NCBI GenBank assembly: GCA_963736115.1
Contig: CAVTNR010000019.1
Span: 1 to 64,000, forward strand
Length of the DNA: 64,000 nt
Source: an uncultured bacterium
Lineage (GTDB): Bacteria > Zhuqueibacterota > QNDG01 > DTFT01
Reading direction: 5' to 3'
The position numbers and the translations under genes are program-made. Each line of letters begins with the position of its first letter. The stretch's first letter is position 1. Of this stretch, positions 40,929 through 50,542 are shown piece by piece. The notes beneath the pieces were generated by a model that saw nothing but the letters and a program-made list of their open reading frames with translations, had not been told where the DNA came from and did not search any database.

Positions 40929-41399
40929 TCACCTCCCCGCAATCCTTTCCGCAGCCTGCTCGAGATGCATTTTCTGATGAGAAACGTACGCGGGGATCAG
41001 TTCCCTGAGCGTCACCGGAGATTCCGAGCCTTCGGTCCATGCGTGATTCAGGGCATCCGGCCGCACCCGTCGGAGCAAACGCACGATGTGCAGGTTCAAT
41101 GCGGACCACAGGTCAATGAGACGGATCCAGTCCCCGTCCCGGTACCCTTGAATCGCCACCCATTCCTCATTGTGCCGGGTGTAGTCCGGAAAAGACAGTT
41201 CTTTGGCATATTGAAGGCGGACGAAGCGCTGGATGTTGTTCCCAGCCGAGTCCGTGAGATGGCCGATGATTTCCTTGACGGACCACCGTTCCTCGCTCTC
41301 CTTCGCGGAGACGCCGCTATCGGGCCATCCGTACAGGACCGGCCGCCAATGACCGACCAGTTCCTCGAGTTCATCCGCGGTTTTCAGCACGTTGTCCAT
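40929..41399 (-). CDS. DinB-family protein
   Basis: WSVKEIIGHL.DSA.NN.QRFVR, YVSHQKMHLEQ. Confidence 0.85.
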   Translation of the reverse strand: MDNVLKTADELEELVGHWRPVLYGWPDSGVSAKESEERWSVKEIIGHLTDSAGNNIQRFVRLQYAKELSFPDYTRHNEEWVAIQGYRDGDWIRLIDLWSALNLHIVRLLRRVRPDALNHAWTEGSESPVTLRELIPAYVSHQKMHLEQAAERIAGR

Positions 41400-41430
41400 T
41401 TTTACGCGAATCCTCCGATGATCGGACGCA

Positions 41431-41781
41431 TCACGGCCTGAGCAGTAGGTCCGCAACGAGGGCCGCGAACAACAGACCGAATCCCAGGCCGGCCATCCAG
41501 AATATGGCTTTCTGCCGCGCCGCCATGATCCGGACCGTCAACGTGAGGGCCTCCACCTGTTCAGCGAGTTGTTTGACCAGTTCCGCGTCCCTGCGGTCAT
41601 GCGCCTCCAGCGCGGAAATCCGTTCCCGGAGCGAGGCGGTCTCATCCGAGGCCGATCCGTCCTTCCGGCCGCGCGTCGTACCCAGGAGAAGCGCTTCCGC
41701 CATCTGGACCAGCAGGGGCGCGCGCTTGAGCAGAGCCGGCCAGGGGATGGACACGAGCGTTTTGAACAGGGGAAGAGACAT
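41431..41781 (-). CDS. Hypothetical coiled-coil protein with C-terminal TM helix
   Basis: GGAGG RBS; IPWPALLKRAP, coiled coil, hydrophobic tail. Confidence 0.6.
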   Translation of the reverse strand: MSLPLFKTLVSIPWPALLKRAPLLVQMAEALLLGTTRGRKDGSASDETASLRERISALEAHDRRDAELVKQLAEQVEALTLTVRIMAARQKAIFWMAGLGFGLLFAALVADLLLRP

Positions 41782-41830
41782 TGAAATCAAACCTCCATGC
41801 GGGGCGGCCGTTCTTTTAGGCCCGACGCAT

Positions 41831-41880
41831 TGTCCGAAAGCCTCGCCCCGCAAAGCGGGGCTCGGCATTTCGGATCTGCA
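41831..41880 (-). repeat. REP (family A)
   Basis: TGTCCGAAAGCCTCGCCCCGCAAAGCGGGGCTCGGCATTTCGGATCTGCA. Confidence 0.8.
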
Positions 41881-41938
41881 TTCCTTAACGGTTGCATTGT
41901 CCTGTAATCCGCCGCTCCCGGGATAAGGGCGTCCGGGC

Positions 41939-43438
41939 TCAGCGCCGTCTGCTACGGCCGTCGCGCCTTCCGTCTCGGCTGTCCCTCCGGGGTCCCCGTC
42001 CGGCCGGCTTCACTTCTGTCTGGTATGACTTTTCCGCGGCCGGTGTATCCGACGGACGCGGAACGGGCGCATGGAGCAGCTGCTGATAATAATCGTCGAG
42101 CAGCATGGCGACCACCGCCGATTCCTCCTCGTTCTCGGCCAGGCTGCGGGCGAGCGGCACGAAACGCAGGCTGCGTTCCGCCTGCAGTTTGTCCCGGTCG
42201 CGAAGCCGCGCCTCGAGCAGGGCCGTCAGCCGCTCGGCCACGATGTTCTCGACGTCCGCGTCTGTCGGAAGCGGACGCTCATTCATCTCGATGCCGTACC
42301 GCTTCGCGATCCGGTCGAGGTCGAACCGCTCGAGCGTCGTGACGAACGAAACGGCCGTGCCGGCCGCGCCCGCCCGTCCGGTTCTTCCGGAACGGTGGAT
42401 GTATCCCTCCGGATCCTCAGGCGGCTCGTAATGAATGACGTGCGAGAGGTCCGGGATATCGAGGCCCCGGGCGGCGACGTCCGTGGCCACCAGGAAGCGG
42501 AGCGTACCGCCGCGCACGCGGTCCAGGACGCGTTCGCGGTCGTTCTGCGAGAGGTCGGCGCTCAGCTCGTCCGCGTCATAGCCGTACCGCTGGAGCAACA
42601 CGGACACGAAATGGACGCGGGTCTTGGTGTTGCAGAACACGATGGCGGAGGTGGGATTCTCGATTTCGATGAAACGGACCAGACTGCGCTCCTTGTCCAT
42701 CGGCGGAACCGTGTAGAATACGTGCTCGGTGTCGGTGACGTGGACGTGGTCGCGGCTCAGACTGAGGAATTCGGGCTGGTGCAGGAATTCGGCCGCGGTG
42801 TGGATCACGTCCGAAGGGAAAGTGGCCGAGAACATGCAGGTGTGCACGGGCCGGTTCGGAAGGTGGCTCTGCACCTTCCGCATGTCCGGGTAGAAACCCA
42901 TGGACAGCATGCGGTCGGCTTCGTCGAAAACCAGCATTTCCAGACGGTCCAGGGAGAAGGTCCGTCGGAGCAGGTGGTCGAGCACCCGGCCCGGGGTTCC
43001 GACCACGATATGCGCGCCTTTCTTCAGAGCGTCCGTCTGACTGCCGTACCCGACACCGCCGTACACGGCCACTGACCTAAGGCCCGCGGGCACGCACAGG
43101 GTCTCGGTTTCCCGGAACACCTGGACGGCCAGCTCGCGCGTGGGAACCATAATCAGGGCCTGGCAGCGGTCCTTGGAGGCGTCGAGCCGCTCGAGCATGG
43201 GAAGCAGAAAGGCGCCGGTCTTGCCGCTGCCGGTGCGTGCCTGTATCATCATGTCCTTCCGGGCCAGGAGATAGGGGATGCCTCGGGCCTGCACGGGCAT
43301 GAGGGTGGTCCATCCCGCGCGGCTCGCCGCTTCCCGGAGCAGGCTGGGAAGGGTTTCCACTGTCAGCTCAGGCAGGGATTCGGACGGTTCCATGCCTGTT
43401 GTTTGAGTCGTTTCGTTCAATGAATCCTCTCTTGTCAT
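41939..43438 (-). CDS. DEAD-box RNA helicase
   Basis: Q motif, ARTGSGKT, PTRELA, TPGR, DEAD, SAT, ARGLD, HRSGRTGRAG. Confidence 0.95.
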   Translation of the reverse strand: MTREDSLNETTQTTGMEPSESLPELTVETLPSLLREAASRAGWTTLMPVQARGIPYLLARKDMMIQARTGSGKTGAFLLPMLERLDASKDRCQALIMVPTRELAVQVFRETETLCVPAGLRSVAVYGGVGYGSQTDALKKGAHIVVGTPGRVLDHLLRRTFSLDRLEMLVFDEADRMLSMGFYPDMRKVQSHLPNRPVHTCMFSATFPSDVIHTAAEFLHQPEFLSLSRDHVHVTDTEHVFYTVPPMDKERSLVRFIEIENPTSAIVFCNTKTRVHFVSVLLQRYGYDADELSADLSQNDRERVLDRVRGGTLRFLVATDVAARGLDIPDLSHVIHYEPPEDPEGYIHRSGRTGRAGAAGTAVSFVTTLERFDLDRIAKRYGIEMNERPLPTDADVENIVAERLTALLEARLRDRDKLQAERSLRFVPLARSLAENEEESAVVAMLLDDYYQQLLHAPVPRPSDTPAAEKSYQTEVKPAGRGPRRDSRDGRRDGRSRRR

Positions 43439-43623
43439 TGTATCGGGTTCGGCCTGCCGGGGCTCAACGGCCCAGTCAGAATTGTCGCCTATCTGGACAA
43501 TATAAAGAAAGCACGATGAAAGGTCAAATGAATATTCAATTTGCAGCGATATAGAGAGGGCCGGAGACAAGGCCTGCGGATTATGAAGATTTCGTCATAG
43601 ATGTAAAATGAGTTTCGGTCATG

Positions 43624-43652
43624 TTGACTTTTCAGGCAGGATATATTATATT
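43624..43652 (+). promoter_or_regulatory. Sigma70-like promoter for the pilin-like gene
   Basis: TTGACT-17 nt-TATATT. Confidence 0.5.
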
Positions 43653-43722
43653 TTTCACCATGCAATACCGGATCGGGCTGGCTACCCGATCCGCAGCACC
43701 GGGGAAAAGGAAAGGAATTCAC

Positions 43723-44064
43723 ATGAACCGCTCGATTTCCGAGCGCGGTTTCACCGTGCTCGAATTGGCCGTTGTCATCACCATTATCGGTGTGATGGCG
43801 GCTATCGCTGTGCCCAGGTTTGTGGGTTTGAACGAGAACGCCGAAGCTGCGGCCTGCAGGCAGAACCAGGGGACGATCGAAAGCGCCTGCGTCATGTACG
43901 TTCTGGACGAAGCGAACCCGAATCCCGGGCATTATCCGTCGCAGGTCGGCGACCTGGTGCCGCGCTACTTCGACGCGGAGCCGGAATGTCCGGCGGCAGG
44001 CGGATATGGATACGATCCGGTCATGGGGAACGTTTTCTGCGACGAAGCCGGACACGGCGCCTGA
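43723..44064 (+). CDS. Prepilin-type N-terminal methylation domain protein (pilin/pseudopilin)
   Basis: RG|FTVLELAVVITIIGVMAAIAVP. Confidence 0.87.
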   Translation: MNRSISERGFTVLELAVVITIIGVMAAIAVPRFVGLNENAEAAACRQNQGTIESACVMYVLDEANPNPGHYPSQVGDLVPRYFDAEPECPAAGGYGYDPVMGNVFCDEAGHGA

Positions 44065-44069
44065 ACGAA

Positions 44070-45185
44070 TCAGGGTTCGAAGGGGAAACGGATCTCCGTC
44101 AGTTTCAGTTCATCCCGCACTTTCAGAAATTCCCTGCACAGGGGCGCGTCCATGGACACGCCCTTTTCTTTTCTCTCCAGCCAGGCCAGGTATTCCTTCT
44201 CTCCAGCCGTAAAAATGCGGTCCCGGCCCGGGATTTTGGCGGATGCGCGCAACTCCCGCAGGATGTCCCCCGCGTGCCTTCGGAACGATGCCGGATCCGT
44301 GAATGACGCGACATCGACGGCGATGAAGAAATGGCCGAGCCCGAGAGGCGACGGTTCTCCGTTTTCCGCCGAACCGGAGAGTCCGGACAGAAACGCACCG
44401 CCCGCCAGGGCGGAGGAGAGGATTTCCACAACCGTCGCGTACCCGTATCCCTTGTGCCCGCCCGTGGTTTCCCCTTTGCCGCCCAGCGGCAGGAGTGAGG
44501 CGGTTCCCGCATTCAGGTCTTTCAGCAGGGCAGCCGCGTCGTGAACGTCATTTCCACGGCTGTCCACGGCCCAGCCGTCCGGAACCGGTCGGCCGGTTCT
44601 TGCGGCCACCTCGATTTTTCCCCTCTGCGATGCGGATGTGGCGCAATCCAGGATGAAGGGGAAGTCCTCGTCCGTCGGAATCCCGAACGCGAGCGGATTC
44701 GTGCCCAGCATGGGTTCGGATCCGAAAGTCGGCGCCACGGAGGGCCTGGCGTTGGTGCCGGTGATGCCGATCAGCCCCCCGGAAGCGGCCATGGAGACGT
44801 AATACCCCGCGATGCCGTAATGATTGGAGTTCTTCACGACGACCATGCCCATGCCCGTATTGCGGGCCATTTCCATGGCCGCGGACATGGCCGTTTTTGA
44901 AATCACCTGACCCATCCCGTTATGGCCGTCGATGACCGCGGTCGATGGACCGCGGCGGACGAATTCCGGCACCGCACGTGGATCCACCTGTCCTGCGGCG
45001 ATGCGGTCCACGTAAATGGATTTGAATCGGCTGACGCCGTGCGTGTCAATGCCCTGCTTGTCCGCTGTGATCAGCACATCGGCCGAGATTGCGGAATCCG
45101 CCTCGGACATCCCGAGCCTGCGGAAGGCGTCCGACATGAAGCGTTCGAGCAGTTCAAAGGGTACGCGGATCTCCTGATCGGACAT
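44070..45185 (-). CDS. Ldh_2-family malate/L-lactate dehydrogenase
   Basis: GIDTHG, SNHYGIAGYY, LGTNP, D.ATS, LLPLGG, GHKGYG. Confidence 0.9.
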   Translation of the reverse strand: MSDQEIRVPFELLERFMSDAFRRLGMSEADSAISADVLITADKQGIDTHGVSRFKSIYVDRIAAGQVDPRAVPEFVRRGPSTAVIDGHNGMGQVISKTAMSAAMEMARNTGMGMVVVKNSNHYGIAGYYVSMAASGGLIGITGTNARPSVAPTFGSEPMLGTNPLAFGIPTDEDFPFILDCATSASQRGKIEVAARTGRPVPDGWAVDSRGNDVHDAAALLKDLNAGTASLLPLGGKGETTGGHKGYGYATVVEILSSALAGGAFLSGLSGSAENGEPSPLGLGHFFIAVDVASFTDPASFRRHAGDILRELRASAKIPGRDRIFTAGEKEYLAWLERKEKGVSMDAPLCREFLKVRDELKLTEIRFPFEP

Positions 45186-45341
45186 GGAATCTCCTGCATG
45201 GATGGGGTGCGGCTGGTCTTGGATTGCAGCGGCCGGGTTGGCGCCTCGGATTTCGGGCAGAACCCGGCCCGGAGCGGGCATAAACCGATGTAAATTTAAG
45301 GAAAACAATTTTCAATATCAACCGTAAAAGAGAAAAAAGAG

Positions 45342-45461
45342 TTGGCTTTTGGCGGTTCATTAATTAAATTAAAGTTCTTTCGATCGGGCTGTCAGAAGCC
45401 CGCTTACCATTAATAAAATAACGCTCATAAGTCGGTTGATGCGGGCTTCTGGCAGCTCCGA
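45342..45461 (+). promoter_or_regulatory. Promoter plus long inverted repeat in the hisS leader
   Basis: TTGGCT-17-TAAATT; TCGGGCTGTCAGAAGCCCGC (45384-45403) pairs with GCGGGCTTCTGGCAGCTCCGA (45441-45461). Confidence 0.45.
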
Positions 45462-45640
45462 CGAGTCTGATTCACCGCCGCTCGCGGCGCCCGGTATTGA
45501 ATTTTCCTGTAAACCTCCGCCGTTTGCGGCGGGATCATGTATTTTCCTGAAATCATAAAATCCGTCTGATGTGACTCAGAACCACGGGCCGATTTGCGGA
45601 TACGGTTTCCGATCTCCGGCCTGAATATAAAGGAAGCGCA

Positions 45641-46915
45641 ATGAGTTTTCAGTCTCCCAAAGGCACCAAGGACGTTCTTCCGGACGAACAGCCGTACTGG
45701 GAAAGGGTCGAAACGGCCGCCCGCCGCATCGCCCGGCTGTACGGGTATGAACGGATCGATCTCCCGGTTTTCGAGGACACCGGCCTGTACAAGCGGGGCG
45801 TGGGCGCGGGCACGGACATCGTGGAAAAGGAAATGTACACGTTCGAGGACAAGGGCGGTTCGTCCATCACGCTCCGGCCCGAATTCACCGCAGGCGTCAT
45901 GCGGGCCTATCTCGAGAACGGCCTCGCCAGCTGGCCGAAGCCCGTCAAGGTCTGGTCGATCGGCCCGGTTTTCCGCTACGAAAGGCCCCAGGCCGGCCGG
46001 TTCCGCCAGCACACCCAGTTCAACGTCGAGGCCATCGGAGAGTCCGACCCGGCCCTCGATTTCGAGATCATGTCCGTCGCCTTTCACCTGTACGAGGAAC
46101 TGGGATTTCGGAACCTGTCCTTTCAGATCAACAGCATCGGATGCCCGAAATGCAGGCCGGCCTATCTCGAGAAACTGTCCGGTTACTACCGTTCCCGTGA
46201 AGCCGGTCTCTGTTCCGATTGCGGCCAGCGGCTTCTCCGGAATCCTCTCCGTCTCCTGGACTGCAAGAATCCCGCCTGCCAGGCCGGGATTGCGGCCGCT
46301 CCGGCCATATCCGATTCCCTATGCGGCGAATGTGAAGCCCATTTCAGGACGCTCCGTTCCTTTTTGGACGACCGGAAGCGGCCGTACACGCTCAACCACA
46401 GGCTTGTCCGGGGTCTGGATTACTACACCAAGACGGTTTTCGAAGTGTGGGCCGAGGGCATCGGATCGCAGAACGCGGTGTGCGGAGGCGGCCGTTACGA
46501 CGGACTGGCCGAGGCCGTGGGCGGGCCCGCCACTCCCGGCGTCGGGTTCGCTTCCGGCATCGAGCGGATCGTGCTCACGCTGAAACAGCAGACCGCCGGT
46601 GAAGGGACGCTGGCCAGGCCGAAGCCGGCCGTATATTTCGTCCACTTGGGCGAAGCCGCCGGCCGTCAGGCCGTGGCCCTGCTCACCGAATGCCGCGCCG
46701 CCGGAATTGAAGCGGTCATGGGATTCGGCGAACGGAGCCTCAAGTCCCAGATGCGCGAGGCGAACACGCGCGGTGCGGCCCGGGTGGCCGTGATCGGCGA
46801 ATCCGAAATCGCGGGCCGCATCGTGCAGTTGAAATCCATGGAAGACGGCGGACAGGTCGCCGTGCAGTGGGCGGAACTGATCGCAACACTGAAGGCGAAG
46901 GAGGCCGGCCTATGA
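45641..46915 (+). CDS. hisS: Histidyl-tRNA synthetase
   Basis: TDIVEKEMYTF, LRPEFTA, FRYERPQAGRFRQ, LVRGLDYY, GGGRYDGL. Confidence 0.97.
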   Translation: MSFQSPKGTKDVLPDEQPYWERVETAARRIARLYGYERIDLPVFEDTGLYKRGVGAGTDIVEKEMYTFEDKGGSSITLRPEFTAGVMRAYLENGLASWPKPVKVWSIGPVFRYERPQAGRFRQHTQFNVEAIGESDPALDFEIMSVAFHLYEELGFRNLSFQINSIGCPKCRPAYLEKLSGYYRSREAGLCSDCGQRLLRNPLRLLDCKNPACQAGIAAAPAISDSLCGECEAHFRTLRSFLDDRKRPYTLNHRLVRGLDYYTKTVFEVWAEGIGSQNAVCGGGRYDGLAEAVGGPATPGVGFASGIERIVLTLKQQTAGEGTLARPKPAVYFVHLGEAAGRQAVALLTECRAAGIEAVMGFGERSLKSQMREANTRGAARVAVIGESEIAGRIVQLKSMEDGGQVAVQWAELIATLKAKEAGL

Positions 46916-47706
46916 CCGCAGGGCCGGGACGTTTTCCTCGGAGCCGTGACGTTTTCGCCGTGGTGACGGCGACCTTTCTGCTTTACATCGGCTTTACGCT
47001 GGCATTCGGCGGATCGGAAAACAAGCCGATCATACTGCTGATGGAGTTTTCCCTGATCGTGCCGGCCCTCCTGTTCATCATCCTGGGGCGCTACCCGTTC
47101 CGCCCGGCGTTCCGGCTCTCTCCCGTGAAACCCGGCCTGCTCGCCGCTTCCGTGCCCCTCGGCCTGGGGCTGGGCATACTCGGGGACGAGCTCGACCGCA
47201 TGGTGCAGTCCGTGGTCCCGATGCCCGAGCACATCCTTCGTGCGTTGAAGGAGTTCATGACGGTCGACAGTTTCGCCGAGGCTGCGCTGGTTGTCGGAAT
47301 GGCCGTGGTCGTCGCCGGCGTCGTGGAGGAGATGCTGTTCCGGGGATTCCTGCAGGCGTCGCTCGAGCGCAACGGCCCGCCGGGCAAGGCGATCGGCGTG
47401 ACCGCGGCCGTGTTCGCCTTTCTGCATTTCAATCCCTGGTGGACTTTTCAGATTTTCGCGCTCGGTGTCGTGCTGGGCATTCTGGCCTGGCGCAGCCGGA
47501 GCATCTGGCCGGCTGTGGTGATCCACGCGCTCAACAACGCGGTTTCCATGCTCTTCATCAATCTCGACGAATCCAGGCTCCAGTGGTATGTGTACCGCGA
47601 TCATGTGTCGCCCGTCTGCTTCATCTCGGGGCTGGTTCTGACTTACGCCGGACTGCGCCTGTTTTTCCGGCTCACCGGGCCTGCCGCCGGAACGGCGTCT
47701 AATTGA
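46912..47706 (+). CDS. CPBP-family (CAAX/Abi) intramembrane metalloprotease
   Basis: VVEEMLFRG, FAFLH, IHALNN. Confidence 0.9.
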   Translation: MTAGPGRFPRSRDVFAVVTATFLLYIGFTLAFGGSENKPIILLMEFSLIVPALLFIILGRYPFRPAFRLSPVKPGLLAASVPLGLGLGILGDELDRMVQSVVPMPEHILRALKEFMTVDSFAEAALVVGMAVVVAGVVEEMLFRGFLQASLERNGPPGKAIGVTAAVFAFLHFNPWWTFQIFALGVVLGILAWRSRSIWPAVVIHALNNAVSMLFINLDESRLQWYVYRDHVSPVCFISGLVLTYAGLRLFFRLTGPAAGTASN

Positions 47707-47862
47707 AGCTCCCCGCCGCAAGCGGCGGGGAATCTTCTATCTGTAAAGAAAGGACATCTTATATTCGCTCGCTTACCCCGGGGCCCGTTGCGCGGGATCT
47801 ATCTATTATATTTACGAATTATCGAAGACAAGCCCCGGGGAATCCGCTCGCTGACAGATTCA
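47703..47862. mobile_element. PATE-like element (family B), 160-bp copy
   Basis: TTGAAGCTCCCCGCCGCAAGCGGCGGGGAATCTTCTATCTG ... GGGGAATCCGCTCGCTGACAGATTCA; supplies the TGA stop of the CPBP gene. Confidence 0.65.
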
Positions 47863-47876
47863 TGAAGGGGGGAATC

Positions 47877-49496
47877 ATGAAAGGGACATTGATTCGGATC
47901 TGGAGCGCGGCCGCGTTGTTTCTGGCGGGAGCCGCAATCGGCGGCCAGGCCGTTCTTGAAAATGCGGTACAGGAATCACGTGCGATGAGGGCCGAAGGCA
48001 GGTTCAAGGAGGCGGTTTTCGTTCTCCGGCAGGCCGTTGCGGCTCTGCCGGACAACGCGGACGCCCATTACCGGCTGGCCGAATCCCTCGGAGAATTCTC
48101 GGGGAAACAGGCCGAAGCCGGTGATTTTTCCGGCGCCATGGCGAACGTCATCGAGGCATTCGCGGAGTTGGACCGCGCGACCACGCTGGATCCGGGTCAC
48201 TTTGACGCTCACTTGTATTACGGCGTGTACGCGGTCAGTGTGCCTCCTCTGTTCGGAAAACAGCAGGACGGTCTCATGCACCTGGAAACCGCGAAGTCGC
48301 TGGCCGAGCAGAATACCGGGAACCGGCCCGCGGCCCAGACGGCTGTGCTGTACCGCTTTCTCGGGCAGGCCTATCTGGCGGCCGGACGCTCGGAAGAGGC
48401 GCGGGTTGCCTGGGAAAGGACCCTGTCCCTCGAACCCGATGGCGAAAACGCGGCGGCCGCGAAAAAAGGACTGGCCGGCCTGAAAGCGACGCCGGCTTCA
48501 ACCGGGAAAACCGCTCCAGTGGAGACCGTAGACACCGCGTCCCTGAAGGCCGGGGGAAAGGCGGCTGTTGCGGCGGGTCATTGGGCCGAAGCCGCCGATC
48601 TGCTGCGTCGGGCCGTTCTGCTGGACACGACGGACGTGGAATCCATCCTGCTGCTCGCCCGTGCGCTCGGGGTGGAGGCGGATCTCGGGTATGACAAGCG
48701 GATTTACGCGGACCAGAACTGGCGGACCAACCTGGCTTTCGAAGTCGCTCGCGTGCTGGAAACCGCGCACCGGCGCATTCCGGATGATCCGAACATACAG
48801 CTCACCTACGCGAGCGTGTGCGTCGGTATGCCGTTTTTCGTCGGTAAGATCGACGAGGGGCTGGCCATTCTCGAAAAACTGACGAAGAACCCGAACCTGC
48901 CCGATTCCCTGCAGGCCGAAGCCGCCTATCAGCTGGGTTTCGGATACCGGAAGAAGGGGAGGGGCGTGTGGGCCGGCCTTGCAAAAAACAGCCCGGATGC
49001 GCCCCAGGTCGCTTCCGTATACCGGGAATTCGGATTGCGGGAAAATAAAAAACCTGCGGCCGCGGGCGAGCGGGTCGAGGTTTCCTTCCATCTCGGTTTT
49101 CAGGACGAACTCGAACCCCAGACCGCGGTCTGGGTGGAGGATGCCTCGGGACGGCACATCCGGACACTGTACGTGTCCGGTTTCTCGGGATTCGCGAAGG
49201 AAAAGCAGGTGGTGCTCCCCGAATTCGCGGAACGCACCCGGTTTGAGGATACGGACGGGGTCACGGGCGCGAGCCTCGACTGGGGAAAGCATTCGGTTTC
49301 CTGGAATCTGCTCGACCGGCAGGGGAAACGCGTCCCGTCCGGCCGCTATGCCATCCGGATCGAGGTGTCGTATTGGCCGAGCATGCGGTACGAGACGTCC
49401 GCGGCGGACATACAGGTGGGCGGCAAGCCCGCCGAGGCATCGGCGCAGAAGGAGCCGCTGATTCCGTTCTATCACGTCCGGTATCTGAAAAAATAA
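47877..49496 (+). CDS. Secreted TPR-repeat protein with C-terminal DUF2271-like domain
   Basis: Signal peptide, TPR helices, AVWVEDASGRHIRTLYVS...DGVTGAS...WNLLDRQG..VPSG.Y. Confidence 0.75.
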   Translation: MKGTLIRIWSAAALFLAGAAIGGQAVLENAVQESRAMRAEGRFKEAVFVLRQAVAALPDNADAHYRLAESLGEFSGKQAEAGDFSGAMANVIEAFAELDRATTLDPGHFDAHLYYGVYAVSVPPLFGKQQDGLMHLETAKSLAEQNTGNRPAAQTAVLYRFLGQAYLAAGRSEEARVAWERTLSLEPDGENAAAAKKGLAGLKATPASTGKTAPVETVDTASLKAGGKAAVAAGHWAEAADLLRRAVLLDTTDVESILLLARALGVEADLGYDKRIYADQNWRTNLAFEVARVLETAHRRIPDDPNIQLTYASVCVGMPFFVGKIDEGLAILEKLTKNPNLPDSLQAEAAYQLGFGYRKKGRGVWAGLAKNSPDAPQVASVYREFGLRENKKPAAAGERVEVSFHLGFQDELEPQTAVWVEDASGRHIRTLYVSGFSGFAKEKQVVLPEFAERTRFEDTDGVTGASLDWGKHSVSWNLLDRQGKRVPSGRYAIRIEVSYWPSMRYETSAADIQVGGKPAEASAQKEPLIPFYHVRYLKK

Positions 49497-49652
49497 CAAT
49501 GGAACACGGATCGCGCGGATTTGCGCGGATAAAGAGGTTGGAATAGGGTATTTCACTGATTGGAATTGCCGGTGGGTCCGCATGAGGCGGTTCCCCTGAC
49601 GGACTCCGTGTTCAGGGTCTAACAGACTCCCATCGTTCTTATGATATTTTTC

Positions 49653-49704
49653 AACACGGAACCCGGAACTCGGAACCCGGAACTTCCTGAACCATGAACC
49701 ATGA
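49653..49704. repeat. Heptamer array (AACCCGG)n then (ATGAACC)n upstream of etfB
   Basis: AACACGG AACCCGG AACTCGG AACCCGG AAC...TGAACC ATGAACC ATGA. Confidence 0.65.
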
Positions 49705-49716
49705 TCTGAGGCATCC

Positions 49717-50508
49717 ATGAACCTGATCGTCTGCGTCAAGCAGGTCCCGGACACCACGGACGTTAAAATCGACCCCGAGACCAACACGCTCGTGCGCCAG
49801 GGCGTGGCTGCCGTTCTCAATCCCTTTGACGCGTATGCGGTCGAAGAGGCGGTGCGCATCCGTGAAAAACACGGTGGAAAGGTGACGGCGCTCACCATGG
49901 GGCCTCCCCAGGCCGTCCAGGTCCTCCGCGACGCGATCGCGGTGGGCGCGGACGAGGGCATTCTGCTGTCCGACCGCGCTTTCGCGGGAGCCGACACGCT
50001 CGCCACTTCGAACACCCTGGCCCAGGCCATACGTAAAATCGGCGCCTTCGACCTGATCCTGTGCGGCAAGCAGGCCGTGGACGGGGACACCGCGCAGGTG
50101 GGGCCGGGCATCGCGGCTCTGCTCGACATCCCCCAGATCATTTTCGTGCGCGCGATACGCGAGCTGACGGCGGATAAAATCGTCGCTGAGCGGATGACCG
50201 AAGACGGCTTCGACGTGGTGGAGTCGTCCCTGCCCTGCCTGATTTCCGTGGTCAAGGGCATCAATGAACCCCGCCTGCCCTCCCTGCGGGGCGTCATGAC
50301 CTCCAAGAAAGCCGTCATCCCCACCTGGACCGTTCAGGACACGGGTGCGGATCCGGAACGCATCGGGCTCAAGGGTTCGCCGACTTACGTCCATAAAATA
50401 TTCACGCCCCCGGCCCGGCCCGGCGGTCGCAGATTCGAGGGTGAAACCGCCCAGGTCGTCGAGGCTTTCGTGAAGGCGGCGGTCGAGGACCAGCTGTTCG
50501 CGCCCTGA
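49717..50508 (+). CDS. etfB: Electron transfer flavoprotein beta subunit
   Basis: CVKQVPDT, AFAGADTLATS, CGKQAVDGDTAQVGP, NEPRLPS. Confidence 0.94.
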   Translation: MNLIVCVKQVPDTTDVKIDPETNTLVRQGVAAVLNPFDAYAVEEAVRIREKHGGKVTALTMGPPQAVQVLRDAIAVGADEGILLSDRAFAGADTLATSNTLAQAIRKIGAFDLILCGKQAVDGDTAQVGPGIAALLDIPQIIFVRAIRELTADKIVAERMTEDGFDVVESSLPCLISVVKGINEPRLPSLRGVMTSKKAVIPTWTVQDTGADPERIGLKGSPTYVHKIFTPPARPGGRRFEGETAQVVEAFVKAAVEDQLFAP

Positions 50509-50542
50509 GGCGCGCCGGCCGGATCCCCAAGGAGTTGAGACC

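Noticed and set aside
46912-47706. Abortive-infection defence gene (Abi name)
   Set aside because: Ordinary CPBP protease coupled to hisS; no defence context
47703-47876. N-terminal extensions predicted for ORFs at 47703, 26034, 5493 and 57392
   Set aside because: They run through repeat elements; downstream starts with RBS or family-typical N-termini fit better
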